A DNA stretch of 64,000 nucleotides, taken from Podarcis cretensis. Taxonomy: Eukaryota. Shown one piece after another: positions 49,438-63,004 of this stretch; positions within the stretch are counted from its first letter, which is position 1; every line of letters starts with the position of its first letter. The translations under genes and the position numbers were made by a program. The notes under the pieces were generated by a model that saw only the letters and a list, made by a program, of their open reading frames with translations, searched no databases and was not told where the DNA came from. The stretch covers positions 32,178,001 through 32,242,000 of the forward strand of contig OX638152.1 of the NCBI GenBank assembly GCA_951804945.1. Direction: 5' to 3'.

Positions 49438-52400
49438 ATGGCAAGGCATTGCAAAATAAAAGGGAAAAATACTTTTGGTATTGCTTCAGAGTAAGAGAAG
49501 CTGCTGGCCATAAATCCCACAAACTACAGCATCTAACAAAGAAAAGTGCTGCCTGTACTATATTCTAAGGGAAATGACTGTTCCCCAGATTTATTTTCTG
49601 CACATTCGATTTCAGGCAAGGTGGCAAAGTAAAAGTGGGTCCCATGTTGCAGGTTGGGTGTTTGAGATGGGTGCTAAGACGAGTTGAAGACTGAGGAATT
49701 GTGTCTACCTTTTGTTCTTAGTTTCCACGGTATTGTGTGGCACAAATGCTACATTATACTCACCAGTCTTCATGTGTTTCTGTATGCAGACCTCGCTAAC
49801 TGACATCACACTTTGTATCACTGCAAGCATGGTGATATGAATGGAACTGAAAGGCCACATTCTTCATGTACTCCTTATTCAGATAATTAATAAGACTTTA
49901 TATGTACAGCCTAAACATTGTGAAGGTTGCCAGTATGTCACTGTCTTTTCTTGTGCAAGTGGGGTAGCATTTGACACTGTATTCAGAGACAAAACCCACA
50001 CTTAGAGAGAGAGAAAACTTCCACTGCTGCCATCACCATCTTCATCACCATCTCACATTTGTATCTCAGAGGGTTTCTAAGTGCTTTGCAAAACTACCTC
50101 CACGTACACAGATGGTTACATTAATTACACAAATGCCTCCACCTCTGGGGTGAAATCCTGTTTAATTAATAACTGTGCAGCAAGGTTGGAATATTCATTT
50201 ACCTTCCTTAATTGTGTAGCTAGCTACCCATGTCAGGTGGGTGCTAGCTATGCCACCTTAGTTGCTGCCTAAATTATCACTAGAGTCTTGCAGATACTCC
50301 AAAGTGTGTGTTAATCCTCTCCATAATGTTTAAAGGACTGGGTTTAGAAAGAGAAAAACATGGGTGCTCAGAGTGTACCTCTTCATGAAATATGTAGTGT
50401 GTTTTCTTCTTCCTTGGAAAGCTTGAAACTGAAGTTCTGTTTCTTGTACAGTATCTGGCAATATCCTTGCCTAGAGCAAAATACAATAGTAAATCAGCTA
50501 CCTTATTTCAGGGTGCCCTGAGGTGTTCACTCTTCTCTTTAATGACTGCAGTATGCTCAAGCTCACATGTACGGTGGATTATTTTGAATAGATGTCCCTT
50601 ACATTCTATCCCTGCAACCCCACCTTGAAGGGAAGGGCTGATGGAAAGCAATAATGAAGATATATATTCACTTAAATAATGCAGCAGGAAAAGTAATGAA
50701 TGAGGAGTTGACATAAAGCGATACATGGGAGTAAAAAAAGATTGGGCCAATGAGCAAAGCTGTTTGGTTTGCCTGTGGTTCCATAGGGGCATGAGGCACA
50801 GCAGGGCAGCTGCAGACCCTGGTGCATTACCCACTGATGAGAAATCAGTTTAGCAACTGGCTGCGTGCAATTAATGTATGCCAGTTACAAAAGACTGTCC
50901 CATTACTAAGAGTAATTCAGGGCTCCTCCAGATGTCCTATTTATTGAGCATCCTGATTTGCTTACACAAAGCATATGTGCAGGTTAGTCTATATCAGGTC
51001 ATTACTGAACATTGGTTCTGATGTTTGCAAAGAGGTTATACAACAATGAGCATCCATCTGGATTTGCTTGCATGGTGTTTGCAGATCTTCCCAGTAATCA
51101 GTCATTCATCCTTCACTTTTCAGTGCATTTCCCCAGCACCTACCTAACTGCAAATAGTCCCTTTTTTAATTTGGAAAAGTGGATCTGGTGCACCACAGCG
51201 ACAAAGCAATTTAATCAACTTTAATTATGCAAACCTACATTTCCTGGTACGTGCTTGAATACCTCCTGCAAAATACCAACAGTCTGGAGATGGCCTCAGC
51301 AGAAGCAGGGATGGGAGAGTGATGATGTGTTTCTTTTATAGCAGCCCCATGCTATCAGCTCTGTGTGGTTCTGCTATGGCAGGCTGAAAAGAAAGACCCC
51401 CCCAAACTGTATCTTATTCTGCTGGGCTCCCACTCACACCTGAGAAAATCCCAATAGTGCCAGTCCTTTTCCCTTCTGTGTCCGCCTGTCATGCCAGCGG
51501 TTCCGTAGCTTGTCATGTTGATAATTGTTCACTGAATTAAACTGAATTGTTCTCACCCAGAGGGTTCTCCTAAGCAAACATCAGCCTGATTTGGAAGGAT
51601 GTGGCCCTTATAAATAGTTTGCAGCGCTGTTTGGTTTCTTTTAAAATTTATATTTATATACAAGCAGATCTGTAACAAACTGTTGCAAATGTCTGCTTCT
51701 GCTAAAGGTTTCAGCCACACCAACACCCTGTTTTTCATTCTCTGCAACGGTTTTGGAAGATTTTTTTTCACCATTGGTTGTCCCCCCCCCCCCCAAAAAA
51801 AAAAAATGATACTCCAAATTGGAAATCTTCCTGTTGTATTTGCCTGAATAAGGGCCAGCATGTAGAGAATTAAGACCACTGCTATGTGAGCACACAAGCA
51901 GACTTGGATTAGCTAATGGTTGTTAGGTACACTTCCAGTGTTATATTTCCCTTCACGTGCTCTGATTCAAATTTGCACTGAGTATGCATGCAGGCTAGTT
52001 CAGTCATTACAACAACTTAGGCTATTATCCCGGCAGAAATCATTTTTACTGGTGTGTTTGTATAAGCCATTTTCAAACACATATATTGGATGGCTTTCTA
52101 AGCCATTTCCACTTTACCTGAAAGTCCTCATTTTCAGAGTGGGGAAGAGGGGACTGGCAGGGTTTGGATCTGTCATTTACTTACTGACTCAGAAACAAAC
52201 CTACCAAGAAGCGGAAACAGGGGTTACTGCTGTGCTGGTCTTAGAGCATCCAGATTCTGGGTTTTCATTTGTTTTGTTTTGTTTTTATTAAAAAGTCTGT
52301 ATCCAGCTCTTTCCAAAAGTGGGGTCTGAAGCAAAACGAGGAGGCAAAACAAAATATGCAGGCAGTAAGCAATTGCTTGGTGAGAAATGAGCTTGTCTAT

Positions 52401-55237
52401 ACATTTCAATGTTCTTAGCTAATGGGTGAAGTCAGAGCTGTGATTGACGAGTGCTATAGAAAAATATTAGTCATACAGGCACCCAAGGAAGAATGCAAAA
52501 CTGGCTTCATAAAGTCTTCAGGAAGTCTCTTTCCCAGATAATGGAGGACTTCCTGATTCATTTTGAAGCTGTTTTTAGCTCTTCCTCAGTGTGTAGGTGT
52601 GTGCCTCTGGTTGTTTTTCTCTAGATTAAAGCAAAGAAGAAGAAAGATCTTGGTTCTGTTTGAGAAAATTGAGAAATCCATGATTTTAGTGTAGCTGTGA
52701 CTGGAAGAGAAGCATACTACTCCAAAACAAAAGATAGCCACAGAGACAGAATTCCATGCTCTTTCTAGTTCAGGTTTAATTGAATGCCCCATCTCTGTGT
52801 GTAAACACACTTTTAACAATGCAAATTCAAATGAAGATTCTCATCAATATGGGTCTTATTCTGAAATCCTACACAGAGTACACCAGTTGGACATAGTCAT
52901 GCCCACTGACTTCAATGGATCTATTTTGAGTAGGACTAGTATTGGATCTCCTATAGCCACTCTATATTATGTACTGTATGTACTGTTGTTGGGAGAAAAT
53001 GGGGCACATCAGCTCTGCCAAGTAGCTCAGTGTGGTTATACTGCTGTTGTTGGAGGGGAGGGCTGTGACAAACACTGAGTGCAGTCCAGTGCTATTACCC
53101 ATTCTCTTGGTATCTTAGGGTTCTTTAGAGAAAATGCAGAGAAGGCTATTAAGCTGATATTAGGAGCAACATGGGGGGAGTGGTGATTCATTTTTTCCTC
53201 ACCCATGGTGTGAAATAGGCAGATTCTTGAGAGTTGCTGCTGCCGATATAAACACTTAAAAGGGTATATATTCATGTCAAAGACTCAAATCTCTCTCTTT
53301 TGCTAAAGCTGCTCCATCCCCAAAGGGTGACTTCTTGACCTGTGCTGATAACATTGCTATAATTATTATGAGGTATAAATAAATGCTTTTAGAATGCACG
53401 GCTTGCTGTTTAAAAATTCAGTCTTGAATTTATCCAAGCATGGGCACCTGAACCATGGTTGCTGTAAATCTTAAATCTCTTTTAACACACACAACCTTCT
53501 GAAACACTTTGTCTTGTTTTGTACAGAATGTTGCATTGCTTCCTAAGAGCAATTAGTGAAAGTCTAATTAGTTTACAACTGATAAAACCTGAGCTCTTTG
53601 CAGGATATAGGATTGGCAATGGAAAAGAGCAAGACACCCTTGCATTTAACAGCTGTGTACAAGACAGAAGTTCAACAAGTTAGTCTTCTCTAGCATGGAA
53701 ACATGGAAGAAGAAGAAGAAAGCTTTACCTACTCACATACTATTGGTGAACCCCCTTTTGTTTCTTAGTTTCCAAATGCATGGATGTTGGGGTAGTCTCC
53801 TGGTATAAAAGAGAAGACCAATATAACCCTCTCTAAAACTTTGTGGCCTCTCACAAGTAAGGGAGCATCCAGAATATTCTCACACAGTACTCTAAACTGA
53901 AAAGAGAAGGGCTCAAGGTAATGTTCATTGCTTGCAATCCTCACATGTGCTTGTTTCTGCATTTTTAAAATTCTGTTTCCCCCTCTAAGAAATATTGTAC
54001 AGACCTGTTATCTGAATCCACAGCGTTAAAGACCTTGTTATCTGAATCCAAATTGCTTCCCCTTTGTATCTATGAGTAAATATTATTGCTGTTTATTCTG
54101 GTGTCTGATTAAGTTTAAAACGTCTCCCAAGGCGCTGGATTCAATGAGGCTATTCTGCACTATGTCTAAATATTAAGTCACTTATACTGCCAACTATTAG
54201 CTAAGTGCTAACAAGGCAGCAGTGGGAAACTTCCTGCCTGCAGTCCTAATCAGGCCTAGCATTTGATGTGCAAGGCTGTTTTGCCAGTCTTTTACATCCA
54301 TCCGTCCTACACCTGGTGATGTCTATGTCAGATGTGGGACAGGTAAAGAAAGTGGGACCAGCTGATTAACAGCATATCCACCTGTGAATGGGTGGTGATT
54401 TCAAGGCTTATGGACCAGCTGTGCAAGAGTTACCCCATGGGAAACTGGGTTGCGTAGCCAACTGCTGCAGAAAGCAGGCTTGAAGTCTCTGTCCATCAGC
54501 TGACCTCAAGCCTGGTGATCTGCAACACTTCAGAGCACCATGCAGGGCTTATTGCAAGCCCTCTGTGGTCCTTTGAAGTTCCAAGGATCATCACCTTTTC
54601 AGTGTGACATCAGGTGATTGAAAGCTAGACAACTTTTGCCCTCTTGACAAATTTGCCTATGAGGACTAGGGGAGAAGGATCTGGCCTAGCAGTCAGATCA
54701 GGTTCTCCACTCCCCATCCCTGGTTTACACCAATAAACTGAGCACTTAATAGCTGCCACTGTTAATAATGTCTTCTCTGTTGCAGCTTATTTTATATATT
54801 TGACTTTCTTTGACTGGGTGGAAAGCATGCCTTCACATCACTTGTTTGTCATAAAACACCAGCCTAGGTGTGGCTTTATACCACATGCTGCTGATTCTAC
54901 AGTCTTCCATCAGTCCCCTGGGCATACTTTCACAGTTGCAAGGCTATGGGGTAATGACCTACATTTTTCCAAAAACACATTAAGGAGCTTGATAGATGAA
55001 TAGGTGTGTTTGTGTGTGCACAAATATGCACACATACATATTTTGTTCTGACTAAATTGTGTGGATGGTACACCTAAAGTGTGCACACTTCTACTGTACC
55101 ATGTGTGGTATTAGAAGTAATGCAGGTATAACATGAATAGGAGAAAGCAAGAGAGATAGTAAGTCACTGTATTTTGTTTCAGTCACCAAACAGTGCATAA
55201 TAATCTAGAAATATGTACAAAAGATTATAAGTGGAAC

Positions 55238-55570
55238 TAGGGATGGAGGAGAATATTGTTTGATCTGCATTTTTTAGCAAATCGACCTAATTCACACCTT
55301 CCAAACCAACTTACACAAATTGGAATAAAATTATCACTCAGATTTTGCACTTCCCTTAAATCTTGCAGTATAATTCTTGGCTTAAAAATGTACTAAAATG
55401 CATAAAAGAATACATATTTTAGGGTAAAGTACATTTAGAAACGTGTACATTGCAATTGAATAGTATTTAAAATACATTTTTGGACATACTTTTAAAAAAG
55501 AAAAAAAGTTTATGCAGAAATGGGATTGAACACATATGAAACTGACAGAAACTAGAAATAGATTCATCAA
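55238..55570. mobile_element. hAT Ac-type non-autonomous element fragment
   Basis: Starts TAGGGATGGAGGAGA; similar to 23622-24020. Confidence 0.55.
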
Positions 55571-56154
55571 TTGCCACCTGGAACACACCAATAAACATCT
55601 TTATGCCACATTACAGGCTCACCAAGGCTTCAGGGTTCTACCCAATGCTGAACACATGGAATTGCACTTGTGCAGCAGCTCTGCCCTCTCTCTCATCATC
55701 CCCCAAAATCTCATCCAGTGTCCTCCCGACCCTCTTGAACAAAATTTGAGGATGTACGGAAGGCTGTAGAGAAGAAGAGTGGATGGGGACATTCCATCAT
55801 GCAGGTGGATATCTACTGCCTAAGAGAAAGAGTAGCTTGGGATACAACCCTCAGCGTCTAGGTTAAACCCAGGAATATAAATTAGCAATGCAGAAATGCT
55901 TTTAAATGTGTGCACAGTGTTTTTAAAGTGCCAGGTACACATGAGAGTATTGTTGTTAATGCTGCTATCTGGTCGTATCTAGTCATGTGGTAAATTTACA
56001 TTAGAAGTTCTGATACCAATTTTATCTGCCTAAGTCCAATTAATGAACTACAGAGAACCATTCCTGATTCAACGACTCTCATATGTACTACCACACTTCA
56101 TAGCTTTCTCAATTGTTTGATGTAATCTAGATCCAAAATGTCTCACAAAGAAAG

Positions 56155-56300
56155 ACAGGAAGCTGTCTTGGACCATTGTTCCATGTAGCTTGGTACTGTC
56201 TGACGCAATTCTCCAGGGTTAAAGATGGAGCATTTCCCAGCCCTCCCTGGAGTTTCTGGAGATGAAAGCTTGAACCTTGTGTACACGAAGTAGGCATTCT
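56155..56300 (-). mobile_element. Squam3-like SINE, degraded
   Basis: AGGAAGCTG..CCATTGTTCCATGTAGCT..TACTGTCT..CTCCAGGGTT..CTGGAGATG. Confidence 0.6.
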
Positions 56301-57559
56301 ACCAATCATGGTTGGAGAAGATCATGGATTTTTGTAGTCTTAAATGGCATAGACAGTTTGATCCTGCTCACACATACTGCTCTGCCTTAAGATGTTAAAC
56401 ATTTGCAACCACTAAGCCATTCTCATGCACTGATATTTGGTAATACCACAGAAGGCCATATTGCAGGATTTGGGAAAGAGTTGGTTGCAGACAGGTTTAG
56501 ACGTATTTCAGTCATTGAAATGGTTTTATGAAAAACAGTTAAAACACTGTGGGAAAGCTCAATAGATACATATGGCAACAATGAACATTTCCTGATCAGG
56601 ATGACTACAGCTGGTGTATCAAAGCACTGCAATGATCTGCATGGATGAATGTAAGAATATTTGAAGCAGGGTTCATTCTAAACTACAATATTTGACCTTC
56701 ATTCTGCTCCCCTTCTGTTGTTTCAATGACGACTCTATACACATCTGGAATTAGAAAAGAGGGAGGGGGGTCCAAGTCGGAGGGCATGGTGTGCAGGCAG
56801 TTCTGAGACCTAGCAATTCTCAATCTAGAAATGAATAGCTGACCTTTATCCAGAGAGTTATATATTTCCCATCAGATATTTAAGGAAGAAAAGAACTAAC
56901 CTTCCTTTATAGAGCACTAGGAAATAGCTGCTGCTCGTAACATTCTCCAGCAATGCATCCATCCTCTTGGTTCCTGCCCAGGTGTTTTCTTCTCCCCCTG
57001 CGTCAATGAAGTTGCTTGACCTCCATGGCCTCTTGTAAAAGTTCTGAGCGGAAATGCAGCATAATAAATTCCCATCTCATCATGGTTGCCTGTCAGCTTG
57101 AAGCCCCTGCAGTGAGGTGAAGGGGAGAAGAGGGGGCCTGTGTCTCCTTACCAGAGCATGCTGGATCTCTAATGCCCCATTAGCATACCACACACTAGTG
57201 TTCTGCTTTTAATTAGTTGCGTGGTGTGATAATTAAGTAGTGTTTCTCTACAATTTTCCTCTTGTTGCTGAGAGGAGGGGTGGGAGTTGTTCCGGGAGGG
57301 ATGGTAGAAGTTGTTTTAACATTCTAAGTAATTGTGACCCTGGAGAGAACCAGCAAGCAAAATTTAAACTCTCTAAGGGAAGGGAGGAGAGCATTTTTGT
57401 TAGGCACTCCCCCCCCCCCCAGCATGTATTTCAAATTTACTCCCTCCCCTTTGCAAATTCTCAAAGGGCAACAGAAGCCTCCTCTGAAATGGAATGCATA
57501 CACATTCTTAAATCCTGGTGGGCCACGGGTGAGGTTGAACTTTGCCTAGATTGACAGCT

Positions 57560-57900
57560 GACTGGAACAGGATAGAAGTGAGGAAAAGGCTGAAGTAAAG
57601 AGGTGTGCTGATAAATAGGCTTCAAGGCATCTCCTCAAAATGTGGTGATGTTAATGACAGAGAAAGAGATACAGGTAAGGAGGGAGAGATTTGGACAAAG
57701 TTGCGGGTGGCACCATTGACCGGAATAGTAGTGGCTACTGTACGTCGTGGTTCCGGGGTTTTGTGTTGGAAGCCTGGACTGCCAAATTAAGGGTAGAGGT
57801 GTACTGTTGGAGGTACCAAGCTTACGGTAAGAATACTGGGATGGTGAGAAAGCACAAGAGGCTGGAGATGTACTGACAGGAGTGTAGACAGAGCCAGCAT
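57560..57900 (-). mobile_element. Possible ancient L2-like remnant
   Basis: GGAGGGAGAGATTTGGACAAAGTTGCGGG and AAATAGGCTTCAAG resemble the reversed coding for WNSLP and LKTYLF; heavily degenerate. Confidence 0.35.
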
Positions 57901-58425
57901 TAGTGATAGGAACTGCGGAACACCTACTACGACCCAGACCTCTTCAAGCTTGCCCTGCCATTAGTGAAAGTGAAGTAAGGTTTTCTGTATGAGGAATTGG
58001 GGAGGACATTTTGTCTCTTACCTCAAGCAGCAAAGCATCTTGGGCTGGCCTTGAGTCCTCTGCAGGGGGTCCACTGTCAAGAGTCTCCTGGCTCTTGATT
58101 CCCCCCACTGCTGTTCCCTGATCACTTGCCACTTGCTTATTCAGCCATCCTTTCTCTCTGGCCCAGGGAAGGTGGAGAATGGTGACAAGAAGGAGAAGCA
58201 GCAGTAGGAAGTGAGCAGGCAATAGCAGTGAGGAGGAGAAGCAATGGCAGCATCTGGTGACAATGGAAGCAAGGAGGAGGGAGCCTATGGAGAGTGTCTT
58301 ATGCAAGGACCCTTCAGAACTCAAGAGCAGGCAATGAGTGCAGAAGATGTCTTAGAGAAAGGAAGGTACTTTCTCACCAAAGGCATGCATTACTTCCACT
58401 AGATGAAACCATGGATTGCTCTTCT

Positions 58426-58574
58426 GGATAGCTCAGATGGTTAGATTGTGGTGCTGAGAACACTATGGTCACTGGTTCGATCCCCGTATGAGACAGCTGC
58501 ATATTCTTGTATTGTGGGCGGTTGGACTAAATGATCCTCAGAGTCCCTCCCAACCCTGCAATTCTATGATTCTA
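58426..58574 (+). mobile_element. tRNA-Ile-derived SINE with CR1 3' tail
   Basis: Head TAGCTCAGATGGTTAGA..GTGGTGCT..AAC..GGTTCGATCCCCGTA follows vertebrate tRNA-Ile(AAT); tail GTTGGACTAAATGATC..ATTCTATGATTCTA. Confidence 0.85.
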
Positions 58575-58576
58575 AG

Positions 58577-58765
58577 AGTCATGGCTTAGTGGAGCATTTG
58601 CTTTGTGTACATAAGGCTCCAGATTCAATCCCTGGCATCTCCAGCTACAGCAGGGAGAGAAATTCTGTCTGAAACCTTGAAGAGTTGTTGCCAGTCAGGG
58701 TAGGCAATACTGAGCTATAGATGGACCAATGGTCTCACTCAGAATAAGGTAGCTTCCTATATTTC
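58577..58765 (+). mobile_element. Squam3-like tRNA SINE
   Basis: B box GATTCAATCCC, then TGGCATCTCCAG..CTGAAACC..GATGGACCAATGGTCT..ATAAGGTAGCTTCCTA. Confidence 0.8.
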
Positions 58766-60334
58766 TGTTTCCAGATGGTGCAACCTGCATTTGTCCTGCA
58801 ACTTGATCCCTAAAAGAAGAATAAGCTGGCAAAGTAGAGCACAGGCCAATAACCTAGCCAGATGTTCAGTAAATATTATGTTCCATGGACAGTTTCATTT
58901 ATTTAAAGCATTTCTTGCCTGATTTTCATTCTAAACACAATTCTAAAGTTGGTTACAATTAAAAGAGATAAAACCAGGTATAATGCAATACATTAAACAA
59001 AAGAGATAATTACAGTCAATTTCCTCTACCCCTACATTTTCAGGTGCAAGCTCCCTGTTATATTTTCCTATATTTATACCCTAATCAAAACCAGTTTATC
59101 AATTCAACTAGGTGAAAAGCCATTGCAAAAATAAATATAAATAAACTAAAAGCATGGTGGACTATTGTGCTTCAAAATGCAAACCAGGACTTGCATATTT
59201 GAAAATTTGTCCACATTAAAAACCACTCCCTGTGCAACATCTCTGGCCTGCAGCAGCAGCTAGGGAGGCCACCCACAAAAGGTGAAAAGGTGAAAGCATT
59301 CCAAGCAAGGCAATGGTGGTCACACAGTGTAAACCTGCTATCAAATTATTGTGTTATGACTCTACAGTGTGCAGATCATTGAGACTGGGAGACAGATGGT
59401 GATTCTGTCAGCCCTGCACATCCTTGGCACATGTGTGGATTTGAAGAGTTACAATATGGTGGAAGAGGCAGATGCAAGTTTGTTAGGATATAAAATCAAA
59501 TGCAATTTCCTAATGAACTCAGCAACCACCACTTCCCTTAAATCTGTTCAAAACTGTTTCCATTTAATAGCTCCCCAATTACTGATCAGGAAATCAAGCC
59601 AAGAGGAGCCTTAAAATGCTGTGGGCAAATGCTGTTTTGGATATGAAGACACAGATGGCAGCCCTGGGAGACTCCTTTCAGAAAGCACCTTAAAGCCCAG
59701 GGGGAAATTGTCCATTTGCCAAGGATTTCTATAAATCATTAAATGTGTGCCTCAAACAAATCTGGCCCATTTTATTCTTTCATGTCAACATCAGATTTCC
59801 TAAGCTTTCCTACCTTTGTAAGTTTCATAATAGATAGAGAAATAGAGAGAATAATTAATGGATGAATTCCATGATGCACTGAGCTGTGCTAATTATTCTG
59901 ACCTCAAAATTAATTTGAGTCTACAACACATTTCCCACCACCATCCTTGTTTTTCTAAGCAGGTGTGCCCATGACAAGTGTAAACAGTTTTATGTTAGGT
60001 ATTGACAGCCTGTACTTGTTTTGGTTAGGGGTGTCAGCGGTCAAAGTTTTATTCAACACAAAATCATGGAAACAGATCAGATTAGCCAGTAGATTCAAGA
60101 AAGGAAGGATGTGCAAAGAGAAGAGAAAGAGATACTGGTGATTCTACTCTACCTCAAGCCTGGAAGCACTCAATAAAACTCCAAGCTCTTCAATACTATC
60201 AAAGAAAGAGTTTTACCATCAAGTCCTCAACCTGGTGCTCTCCAGAGTTTTGGGATTACGATTTCCATCAGCCCCTTCCTCCACGAGTCACAAGGTGACA
60301 TAGGTCTTCACCACCATCACCATTTTATCTTCAC

Positions 60335-60455
60335 ATGCATCCTGTCAGGGAGGTTAGACAAGAGACAGTGACTGACCCACCTCAAAGTCTCAGAAGGCAT
60401 TTTAATCTGGTTTCCCTAGTCTTAATCCAACACTCTAACCACCATACGACTCTGG
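60335..60455 (-). mobile_element. MIR-like tRNA SINE fragment
   Basis: CCAACACTCTAACCACCATAC is the reversed A-box head; related to 34610-34727. Confidence 0.55.
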
Positions 60456-61775
60456 GTAGCTCCATATTCATGAAACTACAGCAGGGAGGAAAACTACTCT
60501 GCTACCCCGTTAACTTTCCTCACTGTATTCCCAGTTTTAGTAACTGGTACAAGCAGTACTGCAAAAGAATATATATAGCTAAAGAGCACACCAAGATCTG
60601 AAAGCAGGCAACCCAGGTGACTGCTTCTCATGACCTAGAACTCTTAAAATAATAGGAGTGGTCAAAAAATTAATCAGTTTGTCCCATCAATATTATATTA
60701 TATTCTCATTTCAATTAGAAATAATAGTAGTTTCAAAAAGGCTGCATACATTGCATATATGAATATCCATTTCATGGTGGAACTGCTCCCCTGTATAACC
60801 AATTTAATAAATCCTAATGACAGAAATACGCTGTCAGCTCCCTTGCTGGAGAATCTACTTACTATGCAAACAGGCTCAGTAAATGTTATGCATGATCCAT
60901 GAAATGTTGAACTCTGCATTGACATACATGACCAACTACAAAGGTGTAGGAATAAAAGGTTACCTGGGCTTTCAATGCACTGGTCCAGGGGATGATGTTC
61001 TGTCAGCAAAGAAAGAGCATTAGGACTGAAATAAAAACCTGCGCAAGTTTCAAATGCGATGACATTTGAATGCTGGTGGCATATTTTTACATCAAAATTA
61101 ATTCTTGGGTGAAAATTGTCAAAATCCAGATTGAGGTAAAAAGTCTCTTAATTGAACTCTGAATGCCAAGAGTTTCAAGGGATGATAATCATTGGGTAAT
61201 TGCATGTGAAAGCATCATAAAGGTAATTGGCAGCATGTGCTTATCAGTCTTCTGGTCGTTTGGTTATTCAGAGGTTCATGAAATGGCATTGCCCAGACTA
61301 CAGTTGTAACTCCATTCCTACAAACACGTGACTCTTAATTTCTGCTCCTCTGTGCTTACTTTTGCCTACTGATGTGTATATGTCTTACAAAATTTGTTTC
61401 ATCTTCAACCCAAAAATGCATATCACCACCATGGCCCAAGTTGTTTATACAGTTCCTTCTGTTCTTACGCACTCCAACAGCTTGCAGTTCACTCAGAGAT
61501 TAGCATTTGGGGGCTGGCGGGGGGGATAAACCTGTGATTACTTTGCTTTCAGATTTTCAAGAGCATATGCTATAACTTGTCCCAAATGATCCTTTGTGAA
61601 TCAGAACTCAAGAGAGCGTTTCACTGATTCTTCAGGGACACAACCACAATATAGAAATTGTGAAGGAGATTTCGTAATTACAGAAAACACAAAAGCTAGT
61701 TTTCTATTACGGGAAACACAAATAAAACCAGAAGGGCCTTACAAACACTTCTTGTCCTTGCTTTGTGTGACACCT

Positions 61776-61914
61776 ATCATAGAATCAGAAGGGACCATGA
61801 GGGTCATCTAGTCCAACCCCCTGCAATGCAGGATTTGTTTTTGTTTTTCCTTTGTGGGGCTTCAACCCATGACCCTGAGATTAAGAGCCACATGCTCTAC
61901 CAACTGAGCTACCC
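61776..61914 (-). mobile_element. tRNA-Lys(CTT)-derived SINE with CR1 3' tail
   Basis: Reverse complement TAGCTCAGTTGGTAGAGCATGTGGCTCTTAATCTCAGGGTCATGGGTTGAAGCCCCAC, then CCTGCATTGCAGGGGGTTGGACTAGATGACC..TTCTATGAT. Confidence 0.88.
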
Positions 61915-61993
61915 CATTACAGAGGTTTCACGTTTTCTGAAGAAGGCCTAAAGTGACCCGGTAATACTGTCCTACATTCGTTTTTATAAAGTA

Positions 61994-62235
61994 CAGTGGT
62001 ACCTTGGGTTAAGAACTTAATTCGTTCCAGAGGTCCATTCTTAACCTGAAACTGTTCTTAACCTGAGGTACCACTTTAGCTAATGGGGCCTCCCGCTGAC
62101 ACAGTGCCACCACCATGCGATTTCTGATCTCATCCTGTAGCAAAGTTCTTAACCCGAGGTACTATTTCTGGGTTAGCGGAGTCTGTAACCTGAAGCGTTT
62201 GTAACCTGAAGTGTCTGTAACCCGAGGTACAACTG
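61994..62235 (-). mobile_element. Tc1/mariner MITE, copy 4 (inverted)
   Basis: TIRs with TA flanks; reverse complement of copies 1-3. Confidence 0.9.
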
Positions 62236-62444
62236 TAACTTTTCCATTGTACACTTTGCACAGGTATTCCAACCTGAACAGAAAAGGAGGCAGAAAAGAA
62301 AGAGCTAGGTCGTGCACATGTGTAAGTCAGATGACTGTTAAATACATATAAATTCATGGTGAAATATACACAACTATGTGGGAGGCAGAACTGGTCACTG
62401 GTCACTGTAGTGACTGACTGGGGATATTTAAACACAACCTTCCT

Positions 62445-62740
62445 TCTCCATGCCAATGATTTATTAACCATCCTTCTCCCAAATGGTGGGCAACAACAAT
62501 TTAAAACCTAACATTAAAAACACTTTTAAACAAATTATAGTCACGGAAATAGGGTGGGCCTTAAAAATATGCATCTCAGGTGGCAAAGGCCAGGGTAAAG
62601 AGGTGTGTCTTTAGCATTTGCTGCAAACTGAAATGTGAAGGTGCACCTCTGTGGGGAGAAAGTTTTACATCTTGGGGGCTGTCACAGAGAATGCCCTCTC
62701 CCAGGCCACCTCCATACCAAATTTCTGAGGGAGCATTATC
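62445..62740 (-). mobile_element. L2 LINE 3' end
   Basis: AGGCCAGGGTAAAGAGGTGTGTCTT and GGGGGCTGTCACAGAGAATGCCCTCTC; the reverse complement encodes RAFSVTAP and KTHLF. Confidence 0.7.
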
Positions 62741-63004
62741 AAATTTACTGACTGGATGCCTTAAATGGCTGTCCTAGCATTTAGTTGCAAGTGCCCAAGA
62801 GTTTCTTTACAACTGCCCACCTGAAGAACAATTCCCCTGAGCACGTTTGCTGTACGATAAAACTGTTGTAATGTGAGAATCACACAAGTTCACCAGTGGA
62901 TTCCAGTAGCAAGGTTGTCAGGTGGAGACTCAGCAAAAGCTCATGTCAGAGGAGAAGCATATATCACTAGGCAGCTTTAGCAAAACTAGAGTTATAATAC
63001 TGTT

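Noticed and set aside
58426-61914. tRNA-Ile and tRNA-Lys genes
   Set aside because: Acceptor stems are incomplete, the sequences are mutated, and both are fused to CR1 tails, so they are SINE heads.
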